This document shows, piece after piece, positions 18,802-27,496 of a stretch of 64,000 nucleotides of DNA. The DNA is from Bacteroidota bacterium (lineage in GTDB: Bacteria > Bacteroidota > JABWAT01), in contig JABWAT010000001.1 of assembly GCA_013360915.1 (NCBI GenBank), positions 5,259 through 69,258 of the forward strand. The letters run 5' to 3'. The translations under genes and the position numbers were made by a program. The notes beneath the pieces are model-generated. The model worked only from the letters and a program-made list of their open reading frames with translations. It made no database searches and was not told the DNA's origin. Within the stretch, counting starts at the first letter, position 1; each line of letters starts with the position of its first letter.

Positions 18802-19999
18802 ATCTGATTTACCTGCCTGTTTCCTTTCACCTGACCGTTTTTTCTCTCATTTGTCAGCAATCGAAAAGGATCAGGAATCGGTCTTTCGGCTGGCTTCCAG
18901 CATTGAAAAACAATTTGAGGTAACGAATCCCTGGCGTCAGTGGATATCAGAATCCATTCAGTTGAAATCCAGACTTCAGAATAAAAACTTTCCCATGCCG
19001 TTCTGGATGATTTCCGGGCAGCGATTAGAAATGGCCACTCACTTCTCACTGGCCCGTTTTCATGCCTCGCTGGTTCCGGAGGTGGTTTCAGAGGTTCTGG
19101 ATATGACCATGGGAGCCGGCTTCGATACTGTTGCCTTTCTGATGGCCGGCTTACAGGTCAGTGGCTGGGAATCGGATGAAAGCGCCTTTTATCAAATGAT
19201 GGCCAATCGGGCACTCTGGAAATTGGATTCACTCAACGTCTTTCACGGGGATTCAACCAACCTGATTCCCGACCCCACTGTTTTTGTCTATGCAGACCCT
19301 ATGCGTCGTTCAGGGACAAAGCGAATGGCGGGTTATCGTCCCGATCCCTCCGGTTTGAAGGTGGCGGAAAAACAACCGGTCCTTATCAAACTTTCCCCGA
19401 TGGAAGATCCAACCATCTGGATCAATCGTGGGTTTAAAACCATTGCGGTTTCCTATGAGAGGGAATGCCGGGAGGTTCTGATTCACCGGAATCTGAATCC
19501 GGAAATTACTGCAAGATCTGTCTGGATTGATGGAGTCTGGTTTCAATCTGATCATCAGCCTGATCAGATTCCATCCCATTCAGAAGGACCCGACTCGATT
19601 TACTGGCCAGATCCTGCATTGCTCGTTTCAGGGCTGGCAGGGGTCACAGCAGAAGCTCTCAACCTAAAACCCATTCAGCCGGGGACCTGGCTTTGTCTTG
19701 GCAAAACAACTGGCGTGGAACCATTATTTATCCAATATTATTTGCTTGACAATCAATACTATAAACTAAGTTTCCTGGATCGCATGTTAGGAGGGTTGGT
19801 CCGGGAAAGACCTTTGATTTTCAAGAAGAAATATAGCCGGGTTGACATTGATTCTTTTCAGGGCAGGTATCAGAACCGGTCGGTTGATTACAGCCAGAAA
19901 CCCATCATCGTGCTCATTACAGATATTGGGAACAAATCTGTGTTTTATCTGTGTGAGCCAGCTGATCTGTCTCAGAACTCGTTCATCAAGCCCAGGTGA
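18794..19999 (+). CDS. putative class I SAM-dependent (RNA?) methyltransferase with a C-terminal extension
   Basis: Motif I-like VLDMTMGAGFDTVAFL and a post-motif ADPMRR. It overlaps the upstream gene by 8 nt. The family assignment is tentative. Confidence 0.5.
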   Translation: MPESDLPACFLSPDRFFSHLSAIEKDQESVFRLASSIEKQFEVTNPWRQWISESIQLKSRLQNKNFPMPFWMISGQRLEMATHFSLARFHASLVPEVVSEVLDMTMGAGFDTVAFLMAGLQVSGWESDESAFYQMMANRALWKLDSLNVFHGDSTNLIPDPTVFVYADPMRRSGTKRMAGYRPDPSGLKVAEKQPVLIKLSPMEDPTIWINRGFKTIAVSYERECREVLIHRNLNPEITARSVWIDGVWFQSDHQPDQIPSHSEGPDSIYWPDPALLVSGLAGVTAEALNLKPIQPGTWLCLGKTTGVEPLFIQYYLLDNQYYKLSFLDRMLGGLVRERPLIFKKKYSRVDIDSFQGRYQNRSVDYSQKPIIVLITDIGNKSVFYLCEPADLSQNSFIKPR

Positions 20000-21750
20000 A
20001 TTTTACCGGTACTGAAGGTATCGCCTTTTCCGAGAGCAAATAAAAACCGGGTAATGCCCACCGGTGTTCTGATCATCAGCCCTATTCCATACCCGATCAC
20101 TGACATTTCGGTTGGCTTCAGCCCTGCTTTTTCAATCCGTGGGGTCACCAGGTAACCGGCATCCAGGAAAGCCAGCAGGTAGCTTTCTTCTTCGAATGGA
20201 AAGCGGAGCTCGTTTACCAGAATTCCCTGCCGGATGGCGAGAAACTGATTCTCACGATAGCCTCGCATGGTGTTGATTCCGCCAGTTCGTATAAGGTCCG
20301 ATAGTTCTGGTTCTTCCACCGAACGGTGATTGGCTCTGAGGGATCCATACCAGATCAGCTGATTTCCCACCGGTTTCCAGACTGACAGCGTTGCATCAAC
20401 CTGTAACCACGGGTTTGATTTCCTGACTGAACGGACCGCTACCACGCTATCCGGTCCGGTGATTTGTTTGTTTCCATAACCCAGGGTTGCCGATACAGTG
20501 TGTCCGTTGGTGACCAGTGACTTCCCTTTCCGGTCATCATAGGTGATACCTGTCAGGAAAACCAGTTTTCTGCTGTTTAATACGGTTGGGCCTGTTTGTC
20601 TGGTCAGGCGATTTGAAAGTCCGGTGGTAAAGCCAGTTTCCAGTCCGGCCGAAATGGACAATTTGTCGATTCCAAAATAGTCGATACCACCCGAATATTG
20701 CTGGCGGATAAAGGTGGAATCCTGATTCAGCTGACCGGCTGCGAGTTTCAGGTCGATTGGAAATCCGAGAATCCATGGTTCAGCCAGATTGAGCCGGTAT
20801 TCCTGCGACCATTTGTCTTCCCTTGACCAGTACAAGTCAAGCCGACGGGCGTTCCCAAGGAAATTTTTCAGCCGGATATCAATCAATCCATTCAGAGAAG
20901 CTGGTTTGGATGGGCTTGCAGGCGAGTATCCGATGATCCCATCAAATCTGGAGGACGGTTTTTCCTCAACCTTAACGTACCATTGATAGTTGTTCTCGCC
21001 TGTGATCTGAAAAGTTGGTTCTGAAACAGATTTAAATAATTCACTGGCAAGAAGCCGGGAACGGATGGCAGCAGCGGTTTCGGGCGAATAAACCATGCCA
21101 TCCCTTATCCTGCTGATGCGTTCTATAACCCTGGTGCTTACTTCTTTATTTCCGTCGGCTGTAATGCCGCTCAGACGAACCCTTGAGGTGTCCTCAATCT
21201 GGATCAGAATGCTTACCGAAATGGTATCCTCATTGACCTTCCGAAACCTGAATTCAGGACGAAAGGTCATGAAGGGAAAGCCTGCTTCGGTTGCTACCGA
21301 CAACAGCCTGATCAGGTAGGCCTCGGCTACCGTTTGGGAAAAAACTGAACCTGTTACCAATTTACCGGTTTCTGGCGGTGGAAAAGCAGGTGGCGCAGAA
21401 AATGAAACCGGGCCACAAAGGCTGATTGGCCCTTCATCACCCCAAAGCAGCACCGAGTCCGAAAGAAAAGTAATCGAATCAACGCGGCAATGATAATGGC
21501 CATATCCGGCCATAAAATCAGACAAAATGGTAAATATTTCGTTTACAGGCTGGTTGCTGAACGGCACAGGAGGGTTTTGGTTCCACGCATGGCCCGGTTC
21601 CCCGAAACCAGAAATCTGAATTTTTTGTGAAAAAACAGGGAAAGGTGTGACCAGAAAGATTGTAAAGGTAAAAATGTAAAATAATTTCACTGGTAAGGCT
21701 GCGGGGGTCTGTTTCTTGCTTTTACCGGTCAGGTAAAATACTTTTGACAT
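19972..21750 (-). CDS. Omp85/BamA-family outer-membrane protein
   Basis: Signal-like N-terminus, a POTRA-like segment, the loop-6 motif GGINTMRGY, alternating beta-strand patterns and a C-terminal ...GLMNEF. Confidence 0.8.
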   Translation of the reverse strand: MSKVFYLTGKSKKQTPAALPVKLFYIFTFTIFLVTPFPVFSQKIQISGFGEPGHAWNQNPPVPFSNQPVNEIFTILSDFMAGYGHYHCRVDSITFLSDSVLLWGDEGPISLCGPVSFSAPPAFPPPETGKLVTGSVFSQTVAEAYLIRLLSVATEAGFPFMTFRPEFRFRKVNEDTISVSILIQIEDTSRVRLSGITADGNKEVSTRVIERISRIRDGMVYSPETAAAIRSRLLASELFKSVSEPTFQITGENNYQWYVKVEEKPSSRFDGIIGYSPASPSKPASLNGLIDIRLKNFLGNARRLDLYWSREDKWSQEYRLNLAEPWILGFPIDLKLAAGQLNQDSTFIRQQYSGGIDYFGIDKLSISAGLETGFTTGLSNRLTRQTGPTVLNSRKLVFLTGITYDDRKGKSLVTNGHTVSATLGYGNKQITGPDSVVAVRSVRKSNPWLQVDATLSVWKPVGNQLIWYGSLRANHRSVEEPELSDLIRTGGINTMRGYRENQFLAIRQGILVNELRFPFEEESYLLAFLDAGYLVTPRIEKAGLKPTEMSVIGYGIGLMIRTPVGITRFLFALGKGDTFSTGKIHLGLMNEF

Positions 21751-21793
21751 TGACTTTTTTGTCTCAATTTACTTGAACCCAGGGTGTTTCGCA

Positions 21794-24700
21794 ATGACTA
21801 AATTTTTCCTGTTCTCCGCTGTCATTACATCGGTGGCAACGTTATCATTTTCTCCGATTCAGGCACAGAAGCCCGGTCCTGGGAAAGGATCTCTCACCTA
21901 TGTTAAAAGAGGTACTGAGGGGGATGCTACTTACCTTCGGTCGGTAATTGAGTCTGACAAACTATTTGTGGTTTCGCAAAGTAAAGGGGTCTACACCCTG
22001 AAAGTCCACAATGGCGACAGCCTGACACAGATTTCGAACAATTCTGCCGAAGTTGGTCTGTTAACAGGGGGCATTGCAAAAAATGGTGATTTCCTCTACA
22101 TCACTGACAACTTGAATGGAATTCTGGTCTTTGACACCCGTGGTGAAAAATTGGAAAAGCTTTTCAGTTTTAAACCGGTGACAGAAGTATGGGATGTCGC
22201 AGTTAAAGGAGATATTCTCTATGCAGCAGAAGCCTCCGCCGGACTGACCAGTTATCAGCTGAATCCGGATGGATCCTTTACCAAATTAAGCAACTATAAA
22301 ACGGTTTCTCGGTGGTCCTGGGCCTGGAGAACACAGATTGTTAACGATACCCTTTTTGTGGTTGATAAGGAAGAAGGAATCAAGGTATTCGATATCTCCA
22401 CGCCTGCTTCCCCACGATATCTTTCTTCATTTAAAACCGGTGGTACACCGAAAGATATCATCAAATCAGGATCCCGGCTTTTGGTGGCAGACGGACCGGA
22501 AGGATTAAAGGTTTTCACCCTGAATTCCGCAGGATTTGCCCGTTTGATTGAATCAGTTCCAACCCGCGGGGATGCTCAATCGATCCTGCAGTCAGGGAAG
22601 TACTTCTTTCTTGCCAGCGGGACCGATGGTATCTATATCCTCTCCTACTCAGCAACTGGAAGTCTGACTGCCGATTTCCGGACAAAGGAAGAGGGTGAAA
22701 TCATTTCAATCACCAAACTTAACGAGAATGTGTTCGCCTCGAGCAGCGAAGGAATTCTTCTTTACAAGTATAACTCACCTCCAATTATTGAAAGCATTTC
22801 GAATCAGGTGGTTGATGAAAACGCTCTTTTAACTTTTGCAAGAAAAGGATTTGATCCTGATGGCTCAAAGGTGATTATCTCTGCAGAAAACCTTCCTGAA
22901 GGAGCAGAATGGAACATTGAGCAAGGAACTTTTACGTGGACACCTACCTACGAACAATCGGGAAGGTACCGCATCTACTTTGCTATCACCGAAGATACAG
23001 ATGCCGCTTTGTATGACGTTGATACAGTCACGGTTGTTGTCAACCATGTGAACCGTTCCCCTTCACTTGCATTGGTTGAACCTGTAACCATTCCTGAAAA
23101 CAAACCATTTGAATTGGTAATCAGTTCAGGTACAGACCCTGACCGGGAAGACGAAGGAAAGCTCGTTCATTTTGCAAGACAGATGCCACAGGGAGCAGCA
23201 TTTGACCCTGCCACATTGAAATTTTCATGGACACCTACCTACGAACAATCCGGTAACTACCCGGTTCAGTTTGGTGTAAATGATCCAGCAGGTCTTGAAG
23301 CGGTCGTCACCTTTAATGTGACGGTTACCCATGTCAATCGTCCTCCTGTACTGGCTGAGATTGGCCCCAAGACTGTAAATGAAAATGAAGGCCTCCCATT
23401 TATCGTTAAGTGGTCTGATCCTGATAAGGAGGATGATGGTAAACTACGGATGTCGACGACTGCTTTGCCCGAAGGAGCCTCATTTGATCTTGTATCCGGT
23501 TCGTTTAACTGGACTCCCACCTTTGAACAATCAGGAACTTACACAATTCGTTTTACAGTAGAAGATTCAGATTCGGATGGAGCTGGTATTCAATCAGATT
23601 CAGAAGAAATCACCATAACTGTTAACCATGTTAACCGCGCACCGGTGCTTTACCTTGTAAAAGATCAGAGTACTAAGGAAAATGAACTGCTGGAATTCAG
23701 GTTAACCGGGGCTGATCCGGATGTTGAAGATCTGGGCAAACTGGTTTTCTCAGGAAAAGACCTTCCGAAAGGATCTGAGCTTAAGGATTCTACCTTTATC
23801 TGGACACCAGATTTCTTCCAGGCGGGCACCTATACTCTTAATTTTAAAATTTCCGATCCCAGCGGGCTTACAGCCGCTCAGGACATGAAAATGACGGTTG
23901 AGAACGTCAACCGTAATCCGGTAATTGAACCAGTTAATGCAGTTCTTGATGCGAAAGAAAATTCACTCTTCACTTATCAGTTCAGAATTACCGACCCTGA
24001 CAAGGAAAAATTAACTCTTACCCTGTTACCTCTTCCTGCAGGGGCCACTTTTGATGCAGAAAAGCAGTTATTTACCTGGACGCCAACTTATGAACAATCC
24101 GGCACCTATGATTTAACTCTGGCTGCCAAAGACCCTCTTGATGGAACCGACCAGGTTACCTTTGCCATTTCGGTTGCCAATGTGAATCGTTTCCCTGTTT
24201 TTGCCGACATCCCTTCCCAACTGGTCGCCGAGAACAAACCGTTAATGCTAACGGTTACCGCAACCGATCCGGACAGACAGCAAGTCACTCTCGACATTAC
24301 CGGACTGGTACAGGGAATGGACTTTAATGTCATGACAGGTTCCTTAAACTGGACACCTGATTTTGAGCAGGCCGGTTCCTACACCGTTACGGTAACTGCC
24401 ACCGATGAAGAAGGAGCCAAAACAGATAAGCAGGTTCAGATTACGGTTTCAAACGTTAACCGTCTGCCTGAATTCACTCCTGTTGAACCTGTATCGGTAA
24501 ACGAAAATGAAGCACTTCGGCTGGTAATTGTTGCCCAGGATCCTGATCGTCAGGTATTGACCTATTCTTCTCAGGATCTACCTCAGGGTGCCCGGCTCGG
24601 TTCACAGGATGGGGTTCTGGAATGGACTCCCACCTTCGAACAGGCAGGTCCGTATACCATCCAGGTAAAAGCAACAGATCCGGAAGGCGGATTTTCGGTT

Positions 24701-25303
24701 CTGCCCGTCAGCGTTTCAGTTCAGAATATTAACCGGAATCCCGTGCTTAGTGATGTGAAGGATATCTCCGGCGATGAGAACCAACGCATTTCGGTAACTT
24801 TTAAAGCAGCCGATCCAGACCGGCAAGCGCTCACCATCCGTCTTGATGGCGAATTACCTGCTGGTGCTACTTTCGATGTAAAAACACTGGTTTTCACATG
24901 GACCCCTGGATATACTCAGGCAGGCAACTACGGGCCGTTTACACTGACCGCTGTTGATCCTGAAGGCGCCCAGGCTGAGGCCACTTTCAATCTGACAGTG
25001 AAGAACATCAATCGTAAACCTGTTCTTGCCGTGAACGGAACAAGAACGGTTATGGCTGGTGAAGCGATTCGCCTTACTGCCACTGCCTCCGATCAGGATG
25101 AAGAGACCCTCTCGCTTGGTGTTAAAAACAATCCGGCCGGATCAGGATTTAATCCGGCTAACGGAGAGTTCAGCTGGGATAGCACGCTGCCGGGGACCTA
25201 TACCATTGATTTCACAGTTAATGATGGTATCGATACTGTTACGGAATCGGTAACCATCACCGTGAATCCGAAGCCGGTTGCACCTCAGGGTGGAGGAAAC
25301 TGA
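21794..25303 (+). CDS. secreted LVIVD-repeat beta-propeller protein with 9 cadherin-like / putative-Ig (He_PIG, dystroglycan-type) domains
   Basis: The ATG at 21794 yields the signal peptide MTKFFLFSAVITSVATLSFSPIQAQ. LVIVD-like blades are present (LFVVDKEEGIKVFDIS, LLVADGPEGLKVFTL). Repeated units of the form NRxP...DPD...LPxGAxFD...F(S/N)WTPxxEQ(S/A)GxY...V(T/S)V.NVNR follow. Confidence 0.8.
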   Translation: MTKFFLFSAVITSVATLSFSPIQAQKPGPGKGSLTYVKRGTEGDATYLRSVIESDKLFVVSQSKGVYTLKVHNGDSLTQISNNSAEVGLLTGGIAKNGDFLYITDNLNGILVFDTRGEKLEKLFSFKPVTEVWDVAVKGDILYAAEASAGLTSYQLNPDGSFTKLSNYKTVSRWSWAWRTQIVNDTLFVVDKEEGIKVFDISTPASPRYLSSFKTGGTPKDIIKSGSRLLVADGPEGLKVFTLNSAGFARLIESVPTRGDAQSILQSGKYFFLASGTDGIYILSYSATGSLTADFRTKEEGEIISITKLNENVFASSSEGILLYKYNSPPIIESISNQVVDENALLTFARKGFDPDGSKVIISAENLPEGAEWNIEQGTFTWTPTYEQSGRYRIYFAITEDTDAALYDVDTVTVVVNHVNRSPSLALVEPVTIPENKPFELVISSGTDPDREDEGKLVHFARQMPQGAAFDPATLKFSWTPTYEQSGNYPVQFGVNDPAGLEAVVTFNVTVTHVNRPPVLAEIGPKTVNENEGLPFIVKWSDPDKEDDGKLRMSTTALPEGASFDLVSGSFNWTPTFEQSGTYTIRFTVEDSDSDGAGIQSDSEEITITVNHVNRAPVLYLVKDQSTKENELLEFRLTGADPDVEDLGKLVFSGKDLPKGSELKDSTFIWTPDFFQAGTYTLNFKISDPSGLTAAQDMKMTVENVNRNPVIEPVNAVLDAKENSLFTYQFRITDPDKEKLTLTLLPLPAGATFDAEKQLFTWTPTYEQSGTYDLTLAAKDPLDGTDQVTFAISVANVNRFPVFADIPSQLVAENKPLMLTVTATDPDRQQVTLDITGLVQGMDFNVMTGSLNWTPDFEQAGSYTVTVTATDEEGAKTDKQVQITVSNVNRLPEFTPVEPVSVNENEALRLVIVAQDPDRQVLTYSSQDLPQGARLGSQDGVLEWTPTFEQAGPYTIQVKATDPEGGFSVLPVSVSVQNINRNPVLSDVKDISGDENQRISVTFKAADPDRQALTIRLDGELPAGATFDVKTLVFTWTPGYTQAGNYGPFTLTAVDPEGAQAEATFNLTVKNINRKPVLAVNGTRTVMAGEAIRLTATASDQDEETLSLGVKNNPAGSGFNPANGEFSWDSTLPGTYTIDFTVNDGIDTVTESVTITVNPKPVAPQGGGN
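22775..25270 (+). repeat. array of 9 tandem ~92-aa cadherin-like domain repeats (protein-level, diverged)
   Basis: Unit boundaries are marked by VNRSP, VNRPP, VNRAP, VNRNP, VNRFP, VNRLP, INRNP and INRKP. Each unit carries a WTP(T)(Y/F)EQ(S/A)G(T/S/P/N)Y core. Confidence 0.8.
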
Positions 25304-25393
25304 TCTTCCTGAATTGCAAGGGTTGAATTTCAGGATGGGTTTTATATTTTTGTCATGTCGTTCGTCCACCATTAAACTTGTATCGAGGAAGTT

Positions 25394-25648
25394 ATGCCCT
25401 ATATCATTTGTGAACCCTGTGTAAGCACCTGCGACACGGCATGTGTCGAAGTATGTCCGGTCGATTGTATTCAGCCTGCTGAAGGTTTTGATCAGAAAGA
25501 GGGAAAGCAGTTATACATTAATCCGGATGAGTGTATTGATTGTGGTGCCTGCGAACCAGAATGCCCGGTTCAGGCCATTTTCCAGATTGACGAAGTTCCT
25601 GATAAGTGGAAAAACTACATTGAGATAAACGCTAACTATTTTAAGTAA
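25394..25648 (+). CDS. ferredoxin (two Fe-S cluster motifs, 7Fe/8Fe type)
   Basis: [17 protein letters not shown] and [12 protein letters not shown] motifs. Length is 84 aa. Confidence 0.9.
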   Translation: MPYIICEPCVSTCDTACVEVCPVDCIQPAEGFDQKEGKQLYINPDECIDCGACEPECPVQAIFQIDEVPDKWKNYIEINANYFK

Positions 25649-25669
25649 GCAAGTGAATCTTCAGTTAAC

Positions 25670-25696
25670 AAAAAAGGCGCTCTGAGCGCCTTTTTT
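25670..25696. terminator. bidirectional intrinsic terminator (ferredoxin / pta)
   Basis: The sequence is AAAAAA-GGCGC-TCTGA-GCGCC-TTTTTT, lying between convergent genes. Confidence 0.7.
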
Positions 25697-25723
25697 GTTT
25701 TTGTCCTAAGGTCTACCAGCTGG

Positions 25724-26713
25724 CTATCTGTTTTCCTTGGCTTTTACTGCACAAACGGCAGCAACAGTAACAATGTCTTCCGCCTTGCATCCCCTCGACA
25801 GGTCATTCAACGGTTTTGCAAGCCCCTGAATAATGGGTCCAATGGCATCGGCCCCACCCACACGTTCGGTGATTTTATAACCGATATTTCCTGCATCGAG
25901 GTTCGGAAAAACAAACACGTTGGCCTTCCCTGCTACTTCAGATCCTGGTGCCTTCCGCTGACCAACAGCGGCCACCCATGCCGCATCGAATTGTAACTCG
26001 CCATCCACGGCCAGCCCGGGACGCATTTTTGTGACCAAAGCAAGAGCATCGGTAACCTTGGTGACCGCCTCATGAGCTGCACTTCCCTTTGTGGAAAAGG
26101 AAAGCATGGCCACCTTGGGGATTTCACCTGTGAGGGCCTGGTGGGTGTCTGCAGAGGCAATCGCAATATCAGCCAGTTGAGCGGCATCAGGGTACGGAAC
26201 GACTGCGCAATCTCCGTAGGTTACCACTTTTCCACCGGGTAAATTCATCAGAAAAACAGAGGAAACCGTGCGGTTTCCTTCTCTAAGTCCAATGACCTGA
26301 ATACCTGCACGAAGCACATCTGCTGTTGTTGTGATGGCTCCTGCAACAGCACCGTCTGCATCACCCCGACGCACCATCATGGCTGCAAAGAATAAAGGAT
26401 CCTTCATTCTCTCACGGGCCTGTTCATGCGTCTGCCCTTTTGCCTTTCTTAGGTTAAAGAACTCATTAGTATAATCGGAGTTTCGATCGCTTGAAGACGG
26501 ATCAATAATGGAAATCCGGGAAGACAACTGGATGCCATTTTCAGTGGCGGCCTTCTGAATTTCATTATGGTTGCCGACCAGAATGCACCTGCAAATCGAT
26601 TGGTCTGTGAGAATGGATACTGCCTTCAGTGTTCGCGGTTCGGTGGCCTCAGGAAAGGCGATTCGCTGATTGTAACCTTTGGCTTTTTGGGTGATCTGAT
26701 CTATAACTGACAT
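25724..26713 (-). CDS. pta: phosphate acetyltransferase
   Basis: The N-terminus ...RIAFPEATEPRTLKA... and the DGELQFDAA and NVFVFPNLDAGNIGYK motifs match the PTA_PTB family. Confidence 0.9.
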   Translation of the reverse strand: MSVIDQITQKAKGYNQRIAFPEATEPRTLKAVSILTDQSICRCILVGNHNEIQKAATENGIQLSSRISIIDPSSSDRNSDYTNEFFNLRKAKGQTHEQARERMKDPLFFAAMMVRRGDADGAVAGAITTTADVLRAGIQVIGLREGNRTVSSVFLMNLPGGKVVTYGDCAVVPYPDAAQLADIAIASADTHQALTGEIPKVAMLSFSTKGSAAHEAVTKVTDALALVTKMRPGLAVDGELQFDAAWVAAVGQRKAPGSEVAGKANVFVFPNLDAGNIGYKITERVGGADAIGPIIQGLAKPLNDLSRGCKAEDIVTVAAVCAVKAKENR

Positions 26714-26720
26714 GTGCTTC

Positions 26721-27431
26721 CTATTCTGTTACAGCGATGGTGGCAACGGACAATTTTGAGGCAGGCAGCGCATCAGACAGCAGTTTGCCAACCTGCCCGA
26801 TGGTGGCCCCGGTAGTGATAATATCGTCAATAATGAGGAAATGCGGACTGTCAAATTTGGCCAATGATTCGATTGAATTCAATTCCATATCCTGTTGTTT
26901 GTTTTTCCAGCGGGATAAACGGTCCAACCTGGTTTGTGAAGTGCGCAATGACGATTTGAGAATCAGATTCTCGAGCAAAACAGAGTTCTTCAGTTGGCGG
27001 CAGACTCCCCGGGCGATCAGACCAGCCTGATTATAACCACGTTCAATCTTCTTCAGCGGATGGATGGGGACCGGTATCAACCAAAGTGGACCGGTCATAC
27101 CTGCAGAAACCAATTGTTCTCCCAGCATTTCACCCAGCCATTCCCCAATGCCCGGTCTGTATTGATATTTTAAAGTGTGGAGCAGAGTCTGAATGGCCGC
27201 ATTTTTTTGAAACCAGTATAAGGTGGTGATACTTTCTGTTTTTAATTTACCCGCTAACCGGGTTGTGAGGACCGAATTCAGATCCCCTTCTTTTCGGTAG
27301 ACTTTCATGCCCGTCAGGCAGGAAATACATAAAAACGGGTATTCAGAAGTGGTAAGCACCTTACAGTGGTAACACCTGGATGGTAATACCAGATTCAGTG
27401 CTGAGTTGGCGTACCGTCGGATTGGATTCAT
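26721..27431 (-). CDS. ComF-family protein (phosphoribosyltransferase-like)
   Basis: N-terminal Cys pairs (CYHC...CISC) and the PRT motif FLIIDDIITTGATI. Confidence 0.8.
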   Translation of the reverse strand: MNPIRRYANSALNLVLPSRCYHCKVLTTSEYPFLCISCLTGMKVYRKEGDLNSVLTTRLAGKLKTESITTLYWFQKNAAIQTLLHTLKYQYRPGIGEWLGEMLGEQLVSAGMTGPLWLIPVPIHPLKKIERGYNQAGLIARGVCRQLKNSVLLENLILKSSLRTSQTRLDRLSRWKNKQQDMELNSIESLAKFDSPHFLIIDDIITTGATIGQVGKLLSDALPASKLSVATIAVTE

Positions 27432-27496
27432 CTTGTTATGTCTGAAACGGGATCGGCAATAAAAATACGATTCTGAACGCGGGTTTTCAGACTTTT

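Noticed and set aside
22775-25270. The cadherin-like repeat array, considered as a nucleotide-level tandem repeat, VNTR or mobile repeat.
   Set aside because: The units are clearly diverged at the DNA level and the similarity is at the protein-domain level. There are no identical direct repeats or flanking mobile-element features.
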